DNA of 64,000 nt from Terriglobales bacterium (GCA_035651455.1 DASRFR010000013.1:29741-93740); one strand, 5' to 3'. Numbered from the stretch's first letter, positions 28,316 through 38,895 are shown. Numbers and translations are program-made. Notes: generated from the letters alone by a model not told the origin.

Positions 28316-29766
28316 TACTGCATGAACGCGCCCGCATCTTTCTTTGCGGTGCCGCCAACCGTTAAGCGGTCAACTTTAATCGTCGGAATGCCGACACCTA
28401 CCGGGACCGCCTGACCGTCCTTGCCGCAGGTCCCGACGCCTTCATCGAGCTTCAGATCATTTCCCACCATCGAAACACGCGTGAGGACGTCCGGACCATT
28501 GCCAATCAAGGTAGCGCCGCGGATGGGAGCCGTAATTCTTCCGTCCTCAATCATGTAGGCCTCGGAAGCCGAGAACACGAACTTGCCATTGGTGATATCG
28601 ACCTGGCCGCCGCCAAAATTTACCGCGTAAATTCCATTCTTCACCGAACGAATGATGTCCTGCGGGTCATCCGTGCCCGGCAGCATGTAAGTATTCGTCA
28701 TGCGCGGCATGGGAATGTGCTCGTAACTCTCGCGCCGCCCGTTGCCCGTGTCCGCCAGGCCCATCAGTTTCGAAGACAACTTGTCGCTCAGATAGCCTTT
28801 CAGAATTCCTCTCTCAATGAGCACCGTTTCCTGCGTCGGCTGGCCTTCATCGTCGACGTTTAGCGACCCACGCCGCCATGGCATGGTGCCATTGTCCACC
28901 ACCGTGCACTTCTCGCTGGCCACGCGCTTCCCGACCAACCCCGCGAACGCGGATGTTTTTTTGCGGTTGAAGTCGGCTTCCAATCCGTGCCCCACCGCTT
29001 CATGCAATAGGACTCCGGGCCATCCCGGGCCGAGCACCACTTCCATTTCCCCGGCGGGAGCTTCGCGGGCGTCTAATTGCAGGATCGCCTGACGGGCAGC
29101 TTCTTTCGCAAAATATTCCGGAGTTTTCTCTCCAAAGAAGAAATCGAGAGCCACCCTGCCGCCCCCGCCGGCGCTCCCGCGTCCCGAAACCGAATCAGAC
29201 TTGGCGATGCAGGAAACGTTCATCCGCGCCAACGGCTGCGAGTCTTCGGCGAAAGTCCCGTCCGATCCGACCACAAGAATATTGCGCAACTCATCTGCGT
29301 AGCTGGCGCGAACTTCCTTGATGCGGCTATCGAATCCTCGCGCCGCGGCATCGGCTCTCATGACCACCTCAACCTTGGCGGTGAGTTCCGCATCCACCGA
29401 AGGCAGGGTTACCGGATACAGACTTCTCGCGGCATGCTCTTGCGTGCCCACGATCGGGGTCTTGGCGGGTCCGCTGGCGATCAGCGCGGCAGTGCGCGCG
29501 GCATGCAGAATTCGCGCCGGCGAAAGGTCGTCGGTGTAGGCGTAGCCAGTTCGCTCACCCGCTACAACCCGAACTCCGCAGCCGGCGGAAATGCCCTGCG
29601 AAGCCGATTTCACCATCGACTCGTCTACCATCAGCGAGGTCGAAGAAAGATATTCGAAATACAGGTCGGCATACTCGCCGCCCGCGGAAAGTGCCGCCGC
29701 CAAGTAGCGCTGTAGGTCGTTGTGGGTGAGGCCGTAATGGTCGAAGAAGAAGCGATCTTTATTCAC
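28315..29766 (-). CDS. tldD: metalloprotease TldD
   Basis: 483 aa with the HEAVGHGLE zinc motif. It is paired with pmbA. Confidence 0.9.
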   Translation of the reverse strand: MNKDRFFFDHYGLTHNDLQRYLAAALSAGGEYADLYFEYLSSTSLMVDESMVKSASQGISAGCGVRVVAGERTGYAYTDDLSPARILHAARTAALIASGPAKTPIVGTQEHAARSLYPVTLPSVDAELTAKVEVVMRADAAARGFDSRIKEVRASYADELRNILVVGSDGTFAEDSQPLARMNVSCIAKSDSVSGRGSAGGGGRVALDFFFGEKTPEYFAKEAARQAILQLDAREAPAGEMEVVLGPGWPGVLLHEAVGHGLEADFNRKKTSAFAGLVGKRVASEKCTVVDNGTMPWRRGSLNVDDEGQPTQETVLIERGILKGYLSDKLSSKLMGLADTGNGRRESYEHIPMPRMTNTYMLPGTDDPQDIIRSVKNGIYAVNFGGGQVDITNGKFVFSASEAYMIEDGRITAPIRGATLIGNGPDVLTRVSMVGNDLKLDEGVGTCGKDGQAVPVGVGIPTIKVDRLTVGGTAKKDAGAFMQ

Positions 29767-29970
29767 GTTAGTTAGATGCCCCTGAGCACGGTTTGGCTCC
29801 AGCGGAGGACTTCATTATCCCACAGTGCGTCGCGAGAGCTGCTGAAGCCCCATTCAGAAGGTCACACTGAAGATTTGGGACCTGCGCCACATACTTGTTC
29901 TGGAACAAGCTGAACATTCCCGCGGGTTAAGCATCACATACCGCTCATAGCGCGCGCCGCACAATTTTCT

Positions 29971-31527
29971 GTGACCCCGGACGAACTCGCTCGTACCTTC
30001 GAACAATTTCTTTCCGGCTCCCGTGACGCTCTTGTCCTCGAAGATGGTGCGGTTGTCTTCGATCTCGCCATGGCCAGGTATTCCGTATCGGGCGAGCACA
30101 ACAAGTGCTTATTGCACCTTTGGTCGGCGGAACGCAACGTTGTGCGCAGAGTGCTGCAGGCGCAGACCAGAGCTGACGTGCTGCAGCTTGCCGTTCAGCG
30201 TCTTGGTCAGGTTCGCCCCACCAAGCTGGAAATTTGCCGCCGGCGGGACCGGCGTACTCCGACAGCGAAGAAAATGGCGCGATCGGCGTACCAGCAGAAA
30301 CTGAGGCTAGTGCTCGAACGTCAGTTCCCCGCTTTCACCATTGCTCAACTCAGTTCCGCGATGGATCTGGAGCGCTCCTTCGGCCCAATCTATGTCCGCG
30401 GCGTCTTGCGGCGAGGGCAGTCCGCGTTCGCCGTACTCGGCGTGAACGGGGATGAGACCCAGAGTTCCATCGACGCTGCTTTGACCTTTGCTGTCCTCTG
30501 GCTTGATACCTGTCGTCACGCGCAAGATGGCGTTCTGGTCGAGGGTATCAACCTGTTTCTGCCAGCGCGCTCGTCTGCATTAACCGCAGAGCGACTCATG
30601 TACCTAAACCGCGATGCCGCCAAGTGGAAACTTTACGAGTTTGACGAGCAGGAGGATGCCGTGGTTGAGATTGATTGTGCCGACCGCGGCAACATTGCCA
30701 CTCGCCTGGTGCATTGCCCCGAAGCAGGGCTGGCTCGCGAACGTTTTGCTGATTCCATACACCAGGTTCAAGAATTATTGCCGCAGGCGGAAGTCGCGGT
30801 GCTTTCCCCTGCAGAAATTGCCTTCAGGCTGCACGGACTCGAGTTTGCGCGCGCTAGGGTGGCCCACGATCCCACGTCATTTCGCAGCGGGCAGGAGATC
30901 GTCTTCGGAGTCGGCGCCGAAGAGCGCGTGCTTTGTGAGGCAAACCATGAGCGCTTTGCCGATCTGCTCCGCCGTGCTGCTGCGATTCGTCATACCGCCG
31001 GGCCGAAGCACCATCCCGTCTGGCGAATGCATCCCGAGCGATGGCTTGAATCGCTGGTCCTCAAGAACGTGGAAGCGCTTGATGAGCGGCTCGACGGATC
31101 GTGCTTGTACTCGCAGGTTCCCGCATTCTCGGCCGCTGACCGTGCCATGATCGACGTGCTGACTACAACCCGGCAGGGCCGCCTGGCTGTGCTGGAATTG
31201 AAAGCCGATGAGGACATCCACCTGCCGCTGCAAGGCCTGGATTACTGGTCGCGAGTGCAGTGGCACCACGCGCGGGGTGAATTCCAGACATTCGGCTACT
31301 TTCCCGGCCGCGAGCTTTCTCCGGAGCCGCCAGTATTGCTGCTGGTCGCGCCCACACTTCGGGTTCATCCCGCAACCGACACCCTGCTACGCTACCTTTC
31401 ACCGGATGTGGACTGGACGCTCATCGGCATTGGCGAGAGCTGGCGAGACAATCTGAGAGTCATCTTTCGCAAGCGCAGAGATTCACTGTTCGCAACATCA
31501 TCCCCGAGGTCATCGGCTGCAGATTGA
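29971..31527 (+). CDS. hypothetical protein with a C-terminal PD-(D/E)xK (NucS/restriction-endonuclease-like) motif
   Basis: GTG start, 518 aa. Residues ~355-470 read ERWLESLV...IDVLTTTRQGRLAVLELKADEDIHLPLQGLDYW, giving D395-x13-E409-L-K411 followed by Q421. I do not recognise the N-terminal 350 aa. Confidence 0.55.
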   Translation: MTPDELARTFEQFLSGSRDALVLEDGAVVFDLAMARYSVSGEHNKCLLHLWSAERNVVRRVLQAQTRADVLQLAVQRLGQVRPTKLEICRRRDRRTPTAKKMARSAYQQKLRLVLERQFPAFTIAQLSSAMDLERSFGPIYVRGVLRRGQSAFAVLGVNGDETQSSIDAALTFAVLWLDTCRHAQDGVLVEGINLFLPARSSALTAERLMYLNRDAAKWKLYEFDEQEDAVVEIDCADRGNIATRLVHCPEAGLARERFADSIHQVQELLPQAEVAVLSPAEIAFRLHGLEFARARVAHDPTSFRSGQEIVFGVGAEERVLCEANHERFADLLRRAAAIRHTAGPKHHPVWRMHPERWLESLVLKNVEALDERLDGSCLYSQVPAFSAADRAMIDVLTTTRQGRLAVLELKADEDIHLPLQGLDYWSRVQWHHARGEFQTFGYFPGRELSPEPPVLLLVAPTLRVHPATDTLLRYLSPDVDWTLIGIGESWRDNLRVIFRKRRDSLFATSSPRSSAAD

Positions 31528-31571
31528 AAATAGCGTGTAAAGCGGATAATCTTGCGCGCTGCGCTTGCGCT

Positions 31572-32039
31572 CTAGCGCGAATGCTCCAGCAGTACGACGG
31601 CGTGCGCAATGGCGGCATTATCTGTTCCCATACCCTCCGGGGTCTTGGCTTTTAGGCCGATCGCCGCCGCGGGAATACTCATCAATTCCGCCACCCGCGC
31701 GCGAATTTTTGCCGCATGCGGCCCGATCTTGGGCGTCGCCAGCACCAGCGTCGAATCGATGTTAGCAACGCTATAACCGGCTTCCCGGACCCGCTTCAAC
31801 GCTTCACTGAGGAATACGGCGGAATCCGCACCTTTCCATCGGGGATCGTTTGGAGGGAACAGGGCCCCAATATCCGGGGCGGCCACCGCGCCGAGCAGCG
31901 CATCGGTGATGGCGTGCAGCAGAACGTCGCCGTCCGAGTGTCCGCCGAGGCCCTTGTCATGGGCCAGTAGAACTCCTCCGATTTTCAGTGGAATGCCCGC
32001 CTTGAATTCGTGCGAGTCCCAACCATAACCAATTCTCAT
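31572..32039 (-). CDS. ispF: 2-C-methyl-D-erythritol 2,4-cyclodiphosphate synthase
   Basis: MRIGYGWDSHEF...GHSDGDVLLHAI.DALLGA is canonical. Confidence 0.9.
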   Translation of the reverse strand: MRIGYGWDSHEFKAGIPLKIGGVLLAHDKGLGGHSDGDVLLHAITDALLGAVAAPDIGALFPPNDPRWKGADSAVFLSEALKRVREAGYSVANIDSTLVLATPKIGPHAAKIRARVAELMSIPAAAIGLKAKTPEGMGTDNAAIAHAVVLLEHSR

Positions 32040-32122
32040 GTTCGGAGTGCCCCATTGGATCTCAAGCTTCAGCAGATCGCAACGCCGTCTTTGGTCGGGG
32101 AGGAGTCATAAAGCCAGAAGAA

Positions 32123-32854
32123 CTATTGCGCCCGCAAATAAAACTCTGCCAGTTCCATGTCCCCGGGCGTCGTTATCTTGATGTTGCGTGGCGAACCCAT
32201 GACCACCGCCACTTCGTGTCCCGACCTCTCGACCAGCGATGCCTCGTCAGTTCCGATGAACCCGTCACTCGTGGCCTCGTCAAACGCCTTTTTTATCAGC
32301 GCGTAACGAAAGCCTTGCGGAGTTTGCGCCATCACCACCCGCTCGCGCGGGATCGTAGTTTTGATCAGCGCGCCTTCTGCCGTCCGCTCCACCTGTTTAA
32401 CAGTGTCACTGGCCGGCATTCCTGCGATCGCGGCGCCATGCTTCTTCACGGCGCCGATCACATCTTCAATGATCTGTTGGGTCACAAATGGCCGCACCGC
32501 ATCGTGCACCAGGACGACATCCTCATCGGCGGCATGAATTGCGGCCAGCGCATTCGCTACGGAGTGCTGCCGGTGCTCGCCGCCCTCGACATATTGAACT
32601 TTTTTCTTGAGTACATCGGGCGCTTCCTTTTCCAGGCGCGTGCGGAAGCCATCGATTTCGTTCTGCCGCAGCGCCACGCAGATCTCGCCCACCTCGGAAC
32701 TCCCGGCAAAGCGGCGCAGCGTGTGGATCAGAATCGGCGTGCCATTTAGTTCGGCAAACTGTTTCGTCGCCGCCGGCTTGCGACCTTTCTCCACGGAAGC
32801 TGACGACATGCGTGTCCCTAAACCGGCAGCCGGAATGATCACAATCACCTTCAT
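32123..32854 (-). CDS. ispD: 2-C-methyl-D-erythritol 4-phosphate cytidylyltransferase
   Basis: It has IIPAAGLGTRM, VLVHDAVRPF and QTPQGF. Confidence 0.9.
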   Translation of the reverse strand: MKVIVIIPAAGLGTRMSSASVEKGRKPAATKQFAELNGTPILIHTLRRFAGSSEVGEICVALRQNEIDGFRTRLEKEAPDVLKKKVQYVEGGEHRQHSVANALAAIHAADEDVVLVHDAVRPFVTQQIIEDVIGAVKKHGAAIAGMPASDTVKQVERTAEGALIKTTIPRERVVMAQTPQGFRYALIKKAFDEATSDGFIGTDEASLVERSGHEVAVVMGSPRNIKITTPGDMELAEFYLRAQ

Positions 32855-33274
32855 TGGGGCGCTAAGTATACGACCCGCTTACCGGCAGTTTCAAATGCGG
32901 CCGAACTCGACTATTTCTTCGGCGCCTCCGCGAGCTAGATGCCGGTTCTTGCTCCAGATCCCCGGAGCGGCCATCGTCAAAGCTATGGCGGTACGGATCG
33001 ATTTCAACGGCTCTTTGTGCTCATGTGGGTATTTAACCCTGCAGTTTGCGTAAGTCCGGATCGAGCATTTCTTGCCCTTTTTAGTGGGCAATGACAAACG
33101 CTGCAATCGTCCACCGTCCTAAGTCTCGAGACCGCCGCAAGTTATGGGAAGTGCATCCAATGCACGTCGTGGCATCTCAGTTGCCCACAGAAAGTCTGGA
33201 GTTGCCAGTCGCAGAAGGGCCGTAAGCGCAATGGCATAGTCGCGACCGTAGCCTAGTTTTCGAGGACCATCTGA

Positions 33275-33718
33275 ATGAAGCTGTGCTACACAGGCCGTAT
33301 CTGGTTAGATCTGGTAGCGATCTGCACCAGTACTGCGGCGCTTCTCGCGTTAGCTCTGGCGCTCATCAGCACAGTCGCAGTACTTGCCGCAGCACAGGTT
33401 CATTCCTACTCGCGCCTTTCTTCAACTGCGCACGCAGTGCAGCCGCCCCAACGAAGCCATAGCGCGCAACACTTCTCTGGAGTCATTAGCGATTCGATTT
33501 GCGGGGCCAAGCACGATCGCAGGAATAACCAGAGCGCCGCCGGTTGCACTCGTTTTTGCCTCGCGCGAGGAGCGCATTATGCCCTGGTCAGCGGGGATAC
33601 GGTGTACAGCGTGCACGGCTATGAAGGCACGCTGGACCACTACGCCGGCCAGCGGTTGACCCTGACCGGAACACTTGAGGGGAACACGATTACCCTGAGC
33701 TCCGTGCCCGGAGAGTGA
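33275..33718 (+). CDS. small exported/membrane-anchored Cys-containing hypothetical protein
   Basis: 147 aa with an N-terminal hydrophobic segment and four Cys in the mature part. I could not assign a family. Confidence 0.45.
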   Translation: MKLCYTGRIWLDLVAICTSTAALLALALALISTVAVLAAAQVHSYSRLSSTAHAVQPPQRSHSAQHFSGVISDSICGAKHDRRNNQSAAGCTRFCLARGAHYALVSGDTVYSVHGYEGTLDHYAGQRLTLTGTLEGNTITLSSVPGE

Positions 33719-33758
33719 ACCGAAATTGCATCCGGCAAAATACTGAGGATGACTCCTG

Positions 33759-34892
33759 CTATTCCACCGGACGCTCCGCCATCACCGGCGGTTTCTTGAC
33801 ATCAATTCCCCCCGAATTGGCATTTCCCACCGCAGCCGTTGAACCTGAGGCCGTAACAGAACGTGGAGGCTCGCTTCGGGCGAAGCGCTCATCCCATTTG
33901 CCGAAAATCATCTTTCCGGCCGTGGTCTGCAACACGGAAGTAACCGAAATATCGATGGTTTTGCCGATCATCTTGCGGGCGTTGTCGACAACCACCATGG
34001 TGCCGTCATCAAGGTAGGCGACACCCTGGTTGTATTCCTTCCCTTCCTTCAGGATGAATACTTTCATAGTCTCGCCGGGGAGCACGATTGGTTTCAACGA
34101 GTTTGCCAGCTCGTTAATGTTCAGTACTTCCACCCCCTGCAATTGCGCAACCTTATTAAGGTTGAAATCGTTGGTAATGATCTTGCCTTCGTAAAGCTTG
34201 GCAAGTTCAATCAACTTCATGTCCACTTCGCGCACGCTGGGAAAATCATCTTCGACAATTTGGATTTGCAGTGACGCCACTTTTTGCAGCCGCTGCAGAA
34301 TATCCAAGCCTCGCCGCCCACGATTGCGTTTCAGCGAGTCCGCCGAGTCAGCAACCAGTTGTAATTCGCGCAGCACGAACTGGGGGATCACGATGGTGCC
34401 ATCCAGAAAACCGGTTTCGGCAATATCCGCGATCCTGCCGTCAATAATCACGCTGGTATCCAGGATCTTGTAGCTCTTCTTCGATTGCTTCTCACCGCCG
34501 AAGATCCCGCCCAGCGCCGCCAGGTTCAGCAAGTCACCCTTGGTCGCGCCCACCACCAGCCCCACATAGGCCATCAGCAGCATGACCATCAGCATGAGGA
34601 AGCTTTGGGTGTGTCCGGGTGCGATGCTGTTGCGGATTACTAACGCAAAGAGGTAGGCGCCGAAAATTCCGAGGACGCTGCCGATGGCGGCGCCGATCAG
34701 CCTTTTCAGACTTACCCGGTGGAGGCGCCACTCAAAGATCAGAATGGCACAACCGATCAGCGCGCCCACCCCTGCATCCAATTTCGAAGGAAGACCGAAG
34801 GGTTCGATGAGGTAACAGGTTATGGCTACGAAGACGACAAAAAGAAAACGAACAACTATTAAGTCCACGAGGACCTCCTCGGGGGGAGGCAT
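33759..34892 (-). CDS. PIN/TRAM domain membrane protein (YacL-like)
   Basis: Four N-terminal TM helices precede a PIN domain ([13 protein letters not shown]...) and a C-terminal TRAM-like segment. It is upstream of and co-oriented with ispD-ispF, as in many bacteria. The start is placed at the ATG at 34892. Confidence 0.8.
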   Translation of the reverse strand: MPPPEEVLVDLIVVRFLFVVFVAITCYLIEPFGLPSKLDAGVGALIGCAILIFEWRLHRVSLKRLIGAAIGSVLGIFGAYLFALVIRNSIAPGHTQSFLMLMVMLLMAYVGLVVGATKGDLLNLAALGGIFGGEKQSKKSYKILDTSVIIDGRIADIAETGFLDGTIVIPQFVLRELQLVADSADSLKRNRGRRGLDILQRLQKVASLQIQIVEDDFPSVREVDMKLIELAKLYEGKIITNDFNLNKVAQLQGVEVLNINELANSLKPIVLPGETMKVFILKEGKEYNQGVAYLDDGTMVVVDNARKMIGKTIDISVTSVLQTTAGKMIFGKWDERFARSEPPRSVTASGSTAAVGNANSGGIDVKKPPVMAERPVE

Positions 34893-35209
34893 GCTGCCGG
34901 ACTGCACAGCACAAATTTTCAACCCCTTGCCGGCAGCCCTGAATGCCAAGTACTCGGCAGCCAGCGTATGTGCAATCGGAGTCTATGAATATATGAACTG
35001 ACCCCGAGATCCGGCTCCCACTTGCCTCCGGACGCAGATTAAGTACAGGCAGAGTATATACCCCTGCCGTCCCGGGCACACCCGAAAAGCCCGACCGCCC
35101 ACCTCGTTTCCGCGCCGATATGGATCATCGGAACAGATGCAAGAACTTGACCTGTGGCTCGCGCAGGGCTGCCGCCCCATCCCTTTAGCGCCGCTGCTAA
35201 ACTTCCCTC

Positions 35210-36163
35210 ATGAAAGCGCTCGTGATCCCCCGCCTTGGTCCACCCGACGTTCTCCAGTTGCAGAACATTCCTGACCTTGCCCCCAGCCCCGGCGAGGTGC
35301 TCATCCGGGTGGAAGCAGGCGGCCTTAACTTCGCCGACGTCTTAACCGTGCAGGGAGGCTACCCGGGCGCACCGAAGCCGCCGCTCACGGCGGGACGCGA
35401 GTTCGCTGGCGTGCGCGATGATTCTGGAGGACGCGTCATGGGCTATACCCAGTGGGGCGCTTTTGCGGAGCGCGTTGCAGCCAAACCACAACTTCTCTGG
35501 CGCGTGCCTGAACAGTGGAACGCCGAAACTGCGGCGGCATTTCCTGTGAACTATTTCACTGCTTACTTTGCGTACTGGAAAGCAGGCCTTGTAGACAAGC
35601 CTGCGGGAACTCGCGTATTGATCCATGCCGTTGCCGGAGGGGTCGGCACCGCCGCCCTAGAGATTGGTAAGGTCCTCGGTATCGAGATGTATGGCACATC
35701 ATCTTCGGATGAGAAGCTGGCGCGCGTACAGGAGCTCGGGCTACAGCATGGCATCAACTACAAACAGCGTGACTATGAAGATGCCATCAAGGAGATGACC
35801 GGGGGCGAAGGTGTGGATGCCGTCTTTGAAATGCTTGGCGGCGAGCACACTGCCAAGAGTACCCGCTGCCTGCGCAATTTTGGCCGCGTCATTGTGTACG
35901 GATCGGCGACCGGCAAGCAGGCGCAGCTCGATACTCGCGCTCTTTACGCCAAAGGGGCGAGTATCCACGGTCTCTGGCTAACGTATCTGTCCGGCAACAG
36001 CGATCTGATGTCCAAAGCGTGGACTCAGCTTTCGCGGTGGATCGCCGAGGGCCGCCTGAATCCTGTGGTCGGACAAATTCTTCCCCTGGATCGTGCGGCG
36101 GAGGCCTACAAGCTCTTGCTGGAGCGCAAAAACTTCGGCAAAGTCGTTTTGCGAATTCCGTGA
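35210..36163 (+). CDS. NADPH:quinone oxidoreductase / zinc-type alcohol dehydrogenase superfamily (MDR)
   Basis: It has GLNFAD..., the nucleotide loop HAVAGGVGTAA and the C-terminal GKVVL. Confidence 0.8.
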   Translation: MKALVIPRLGPPDVLQLQNIPDLAPSPGEVLIRVEAGGLNFADVLTVQGGYPGAPKPPLTAGREFAGVRDDSGGRVMGYTQWGAFAERVAAKPQLLWRVPEQWNAETAAAFPVNYFTAYFAYWKAGLVDKPAGTRVLIHAVAGGVGTAALEIGKVLGIEMYGTSSSDEKLARVQELGLQHGINYKQRDYEDAIKEMTGGEGVDAVFEMLGGEHTAKSTRCLRNFGRVIVYGSATGKQAQLDTRALYAKGASIHGLWLTYLSGNSDLMSKAWTQLSRWIAEGRLNPVVGQILPLDRAAEAYKLLLERKNFGKVVLRIP

Positions 36164-36212
36164 ACGTTGCAGGCTTGGACAGATATTCGTGTCCGGTGCG
36201 GCACTGCAGACG

Positions 36213-37097
36213 CTATCTGCAGTTCGTCCCCACGTACCCTTGTTGTTGTCCCGAGCTCGTCGTCACACTGCCCGTAATGTCGCCATTCAGGTTGATGCCA
36301 TCCGTCGTGATGGACGTGGTATTCGGGATTACGACGTTGGCGAATGCCCCGCCTTTGTACACGAAGCCCCCAAGCTGCCCACTGTTGAGGACGTAATATC
36401 CTGCGGCTGCCTTGTGATCATTGATTCCGGTCAATGCGCTGTCTGCCGCGCCCGGGTAATCGATCGTGGTGTATTGTCCCTGATTCAGCAAGAAGCCGTG
36501 TCCGGTCAGATCGGGACTGGTGTAGTTTCCCGCAATCACTCCCGAGTCGTTGATGTCGGACGCAGTCGTACTCAACGCGTTCGCAACCGTAAGAGTGCTG
36601 AATTGACCTCCGCTCAGCAGGAATCCGCTGCCCTTCCCGGCAACCGCATAATCTCCTACGATGTCGCCGTGGTTGTTGATTCCCAGCGCGGCGGTGGAGT
36701 TCGAATTCGGAACATCGATGCTCGTAAATGTTCCGTCCGGGCCAATCAGGAAACCATGCCCTTTGATCAATGTGACTTCGTCCGAGCCCACGATCGCGCC
36801 TTTGTCATTGATTCCCTGCAGCCATGTACCTTGCGCAGCTCCCGGCGCGGAATAACTCTTCAGCGTCCCATCGGCTCGCCGCAGGAAGCCTACTGCTGTA
36901 GGCCCGTTGAAGTAGTGTCCCACTACCGTGCCACTGCGATTGATTCCTGTTCCATCCAGAAAAGACGAGCCATTCACGCTAAAGAAAGTGAAATCGCAAC
37001 TGTATGTGCCCGCTTGGGTTTGTGCGAAAGCTGCCGCCGAAGCAATCACTGCGCACGCGACTGCGGCCATGGTGCACGTGAGGCTTGCATACTTCAT
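36213..37097 (-). CDS. secreted HAF-family extracellular repeat protein
   Basis: It has a signal peptide (…AAAFAQT). Six repeats of about 45 aa follow the pattern GIN-x-x-G-x-(I/V)-(V/A)-G ... (H)GFL. The overlapping plus-strand ORF is Arg-rich shadow. Confidence 0.65.
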   Translation of the reverse strand: MKYASLTCTMAAVACAVIASAAAFAQTQAGTYSCDFTFFSVNGSSFLDGTGINRSGTVVGHYFNGPTAVGFLRRADGTLKSYSAPGAAQGTWLQGINDKGAIVGSDEVTLIKGHGFLIGPDGTFTSIDVPNSNSTAALGINNHGDIVGDYAVAGKGSGFLLSGGQFSTLTVANALSTTASDINDSGVIAGNYTSPDLTGHGFLLNQGQYTTIDYPGAADSALTGINDHKAAAGYYVLNSGQLGGFVYKGGAFANVVIPNTTSITTDGINLNGDITGSVTTSSGQQQGYVGTNCR

Positions 37098-37617
37098 TGA
37101 ATTCCTCCCGGAGAGTTGCTGTTTAGGTGAGACTCCGGCGAAGATCGGTTGCTCTGCTGCCGTCGACGAATGGAGAAACTGGAGGCGCCGTTGTGCGCCG
37201 CATTTACCCGGACATTAAACACAACACCCGGACGCTGTCGTGCACGCACGAGTGTTAGGACTGCTAACCCAACCCACTAAAGCTCGTCCAAAGCTGTGAG
37301 CAATACAAGGGAACTTCCTGGGAGCTGCGAACGTATCTTGGGACGAGCGAAGATGGTCGGTGAGCCCGAGGCCGTCAGCCAGGGGATTCACTTAAAAATT
37401 TTGCGGGGTTAGAGGTTCTTTCTCACACTCGGTTTGGCGGCCCAGGTGAGAAGTTCCTGACCAGAACCCGGGTCTTGCGACCCACGTTCTTTCTAACCCC
37501 GACCGCTGCATTCTAAGCCTTTCGCTGCGAAACGCAAGCCGTGGCGAGCCCCAATCACGCCGCCCAGAACCGTTCTCGACGACTCGGGAATGAGGAGATT
37601 AACGAGGAGATTGCATT

Positions 37618-38004
37618 ATGAAGTTATCGACGATATCCAAGAGCCTCCTGCTGGGACTGGCGGTGCTGCTCACAACCGTGGCCTTTGCCTCCAACAAGGG
37701 CTCATTCAATCTGGCCGATCTCACCGTGGTAAATGGACAAAAGCTGCCCCCGGGCGACTACAAGGTTGAATGGGATGGCAATGGCCCCAACGTGCAACTT
37801 AACATCGTGCAGGGGAAGAAGACCGTCACCACCGTCCCCGCACATGTTGTCGATTTGAAGGAACCAGCCTCGACAAATTCCGCCGTCGTGCGCAAGAATG
37901 ATGACGGAACCAGGAGCCTTTCAGAAATTCGGCTGCATGGTAAGAAGTTTGCTTTTGCCCTGGGCTCTGAACAAGCCCGATCGGAAGAGAACACCGCAAA
38001 ATAG
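37618..38004 (+). CDS. small secreted hypothetical protein
   Basis: 128 aa with a clear signal peptide (LLLGLAVLLTTVAFA), preceded by GAGGAGA. Confidence 0.55.
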   Translation: MKLSTISKSLLLGLAVLLTTVAFASNKGSFNLADLTVVNGQKLPPGDYKVEWDGNGPNVQLNIVQGKKTVTTVPAHVVDLKEPASTNSAVVRKNDDGTRSLSEIRLHGKKFAFALGSEQARSEENTAK

Positions 38005-38063
38005 CATCACGAACTATCGTAATGGGGAGCATTTATGCTCCCCATTTTCTTACCGCTTCGGTA

Positions 38064-38846
38064 CTAGGCCCAAAAGCTTTCTTTCTCTTCGTGAATCTCG
38101 CGCAACTCTTTGGGCAATTTCAGGGGAGTATCGCTGGGAGCAAGCAGGGCGTCCAGGTTCGCAGCGGGCATGACCTTCTCCTGGAAGACTGTCTCAAAAT
38201 GTCGCACGATAGAGTTCGCGACCGCATCCATCGGCAGCTCCCGTCCCAAATGTTCGGCCATTGAGGTCACGGGTTTGGAGGCAATGCCGCACGGGACGAT
38301 GAGATTGAAAAAGCTGAGGTCGGTATTCACGTTTAGTGCGAAGCCGTGGGAGGTTACCCCCCGCGATATGTGGACTCCAAGCGCGGCAATTTTGGCTTGA
38401 GCAGAATCAGCCCGCCCTGTCGTCCACACACCTGTCATTTTTGGCACGCGCTCACAGGCAATTCCAAAATCTGCGCAGGTCCGAATCAGAATTTCTTCCA
38501 GCCCCCGCACATACTCGATCACGCCCAGTGTCTTGCGCTTGGTGTCGCGCGAAGGAAGCGCCCGCAGATCCATAATCGGGTAGCCCACCCACTGCCCCGG
38601 GCCATGGAACGTGACATCTCCCCCGCGATCGCACTCGAAAACCTCCACGCCCCGTCGTTGCAACTCTGTGTTTGATCCCAGAACATTGGCCCTTCGCGCA
38701 TTGCGTCCCAGGGTGATCACTGGCGGGTGCTCGAGCAGCAGCAGCACTTCCCCGATCTTGCCTTGCTTCCTAGCTTCGACCAGCGATTGCTGCAGCCGTG
38801 TCGCGATCGAGTAATCGAGCAGGCCAAGTTGGACGAGTGAAATCAT
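38064..38846 (-). CDS. lipB: lipoyl(octanoyl) transferase
   Basis: It has LLLLEHPPVITLGR, RGG.VT.HGPGQ and the ...K.AA.G. motif. Confidence 0.85.
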   Translation of the reverse strand: MISLVQLGLLDYSIATRLQQSLVEARKQGKIGEVLLLLEHPPVITLGRNARRANVLGSNTELQRRGVEVFECDRGGDVTFHGPGQWVGYPIMDLRALPSRDTKRKTLGVIEYVRGLEEILIRTCADFGIACERVPKMTGVWTTGRADSAQAKIAALGVHISRGVTSHGFALNVNTDLSFFNLIVPCGIASKPVTSMAEHLGRELPMDAVANSIVRHFETVFQEKVMPAANLDALLAPSDTPLKLPKELREIHEEKESFWA

Positions 38847-38895
38847 CTTCGATATTGATTATTTCATTGCCGCGGGCGATGCCGAAACAAATGCC

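Noticed and set aside
32891-33106. 71-aa basic ORF in the ispD upstream region
   Set aside because: It has no RBS and no recognisable motif, and it lies in a probable promoter region between divergent genes. It is treated as spurious.
36093-37100. 335-aa plus-strand ORF overlapping the HAF-repeat gene
   Set aside because: It is Arg/Cys-rich and has no signal or domain. The opposite strand has a signal peptide and a regular six-fold repeat. I judge the minus strand to be the coding one.
37098-37617. 520-bp gene-free region upstream of the small secreted protein gene, considered as a riboswitch or ncRNA
   Set aside because: It contains only short dyads (GCTCGTCC/GGACGAGC about 50 nt apart) and a duplicated GTTCTTTCT 9-mer. 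It does not resemble any riboswitch or housekeeping RNA I can recall. This cannot be supported without covariance searches.
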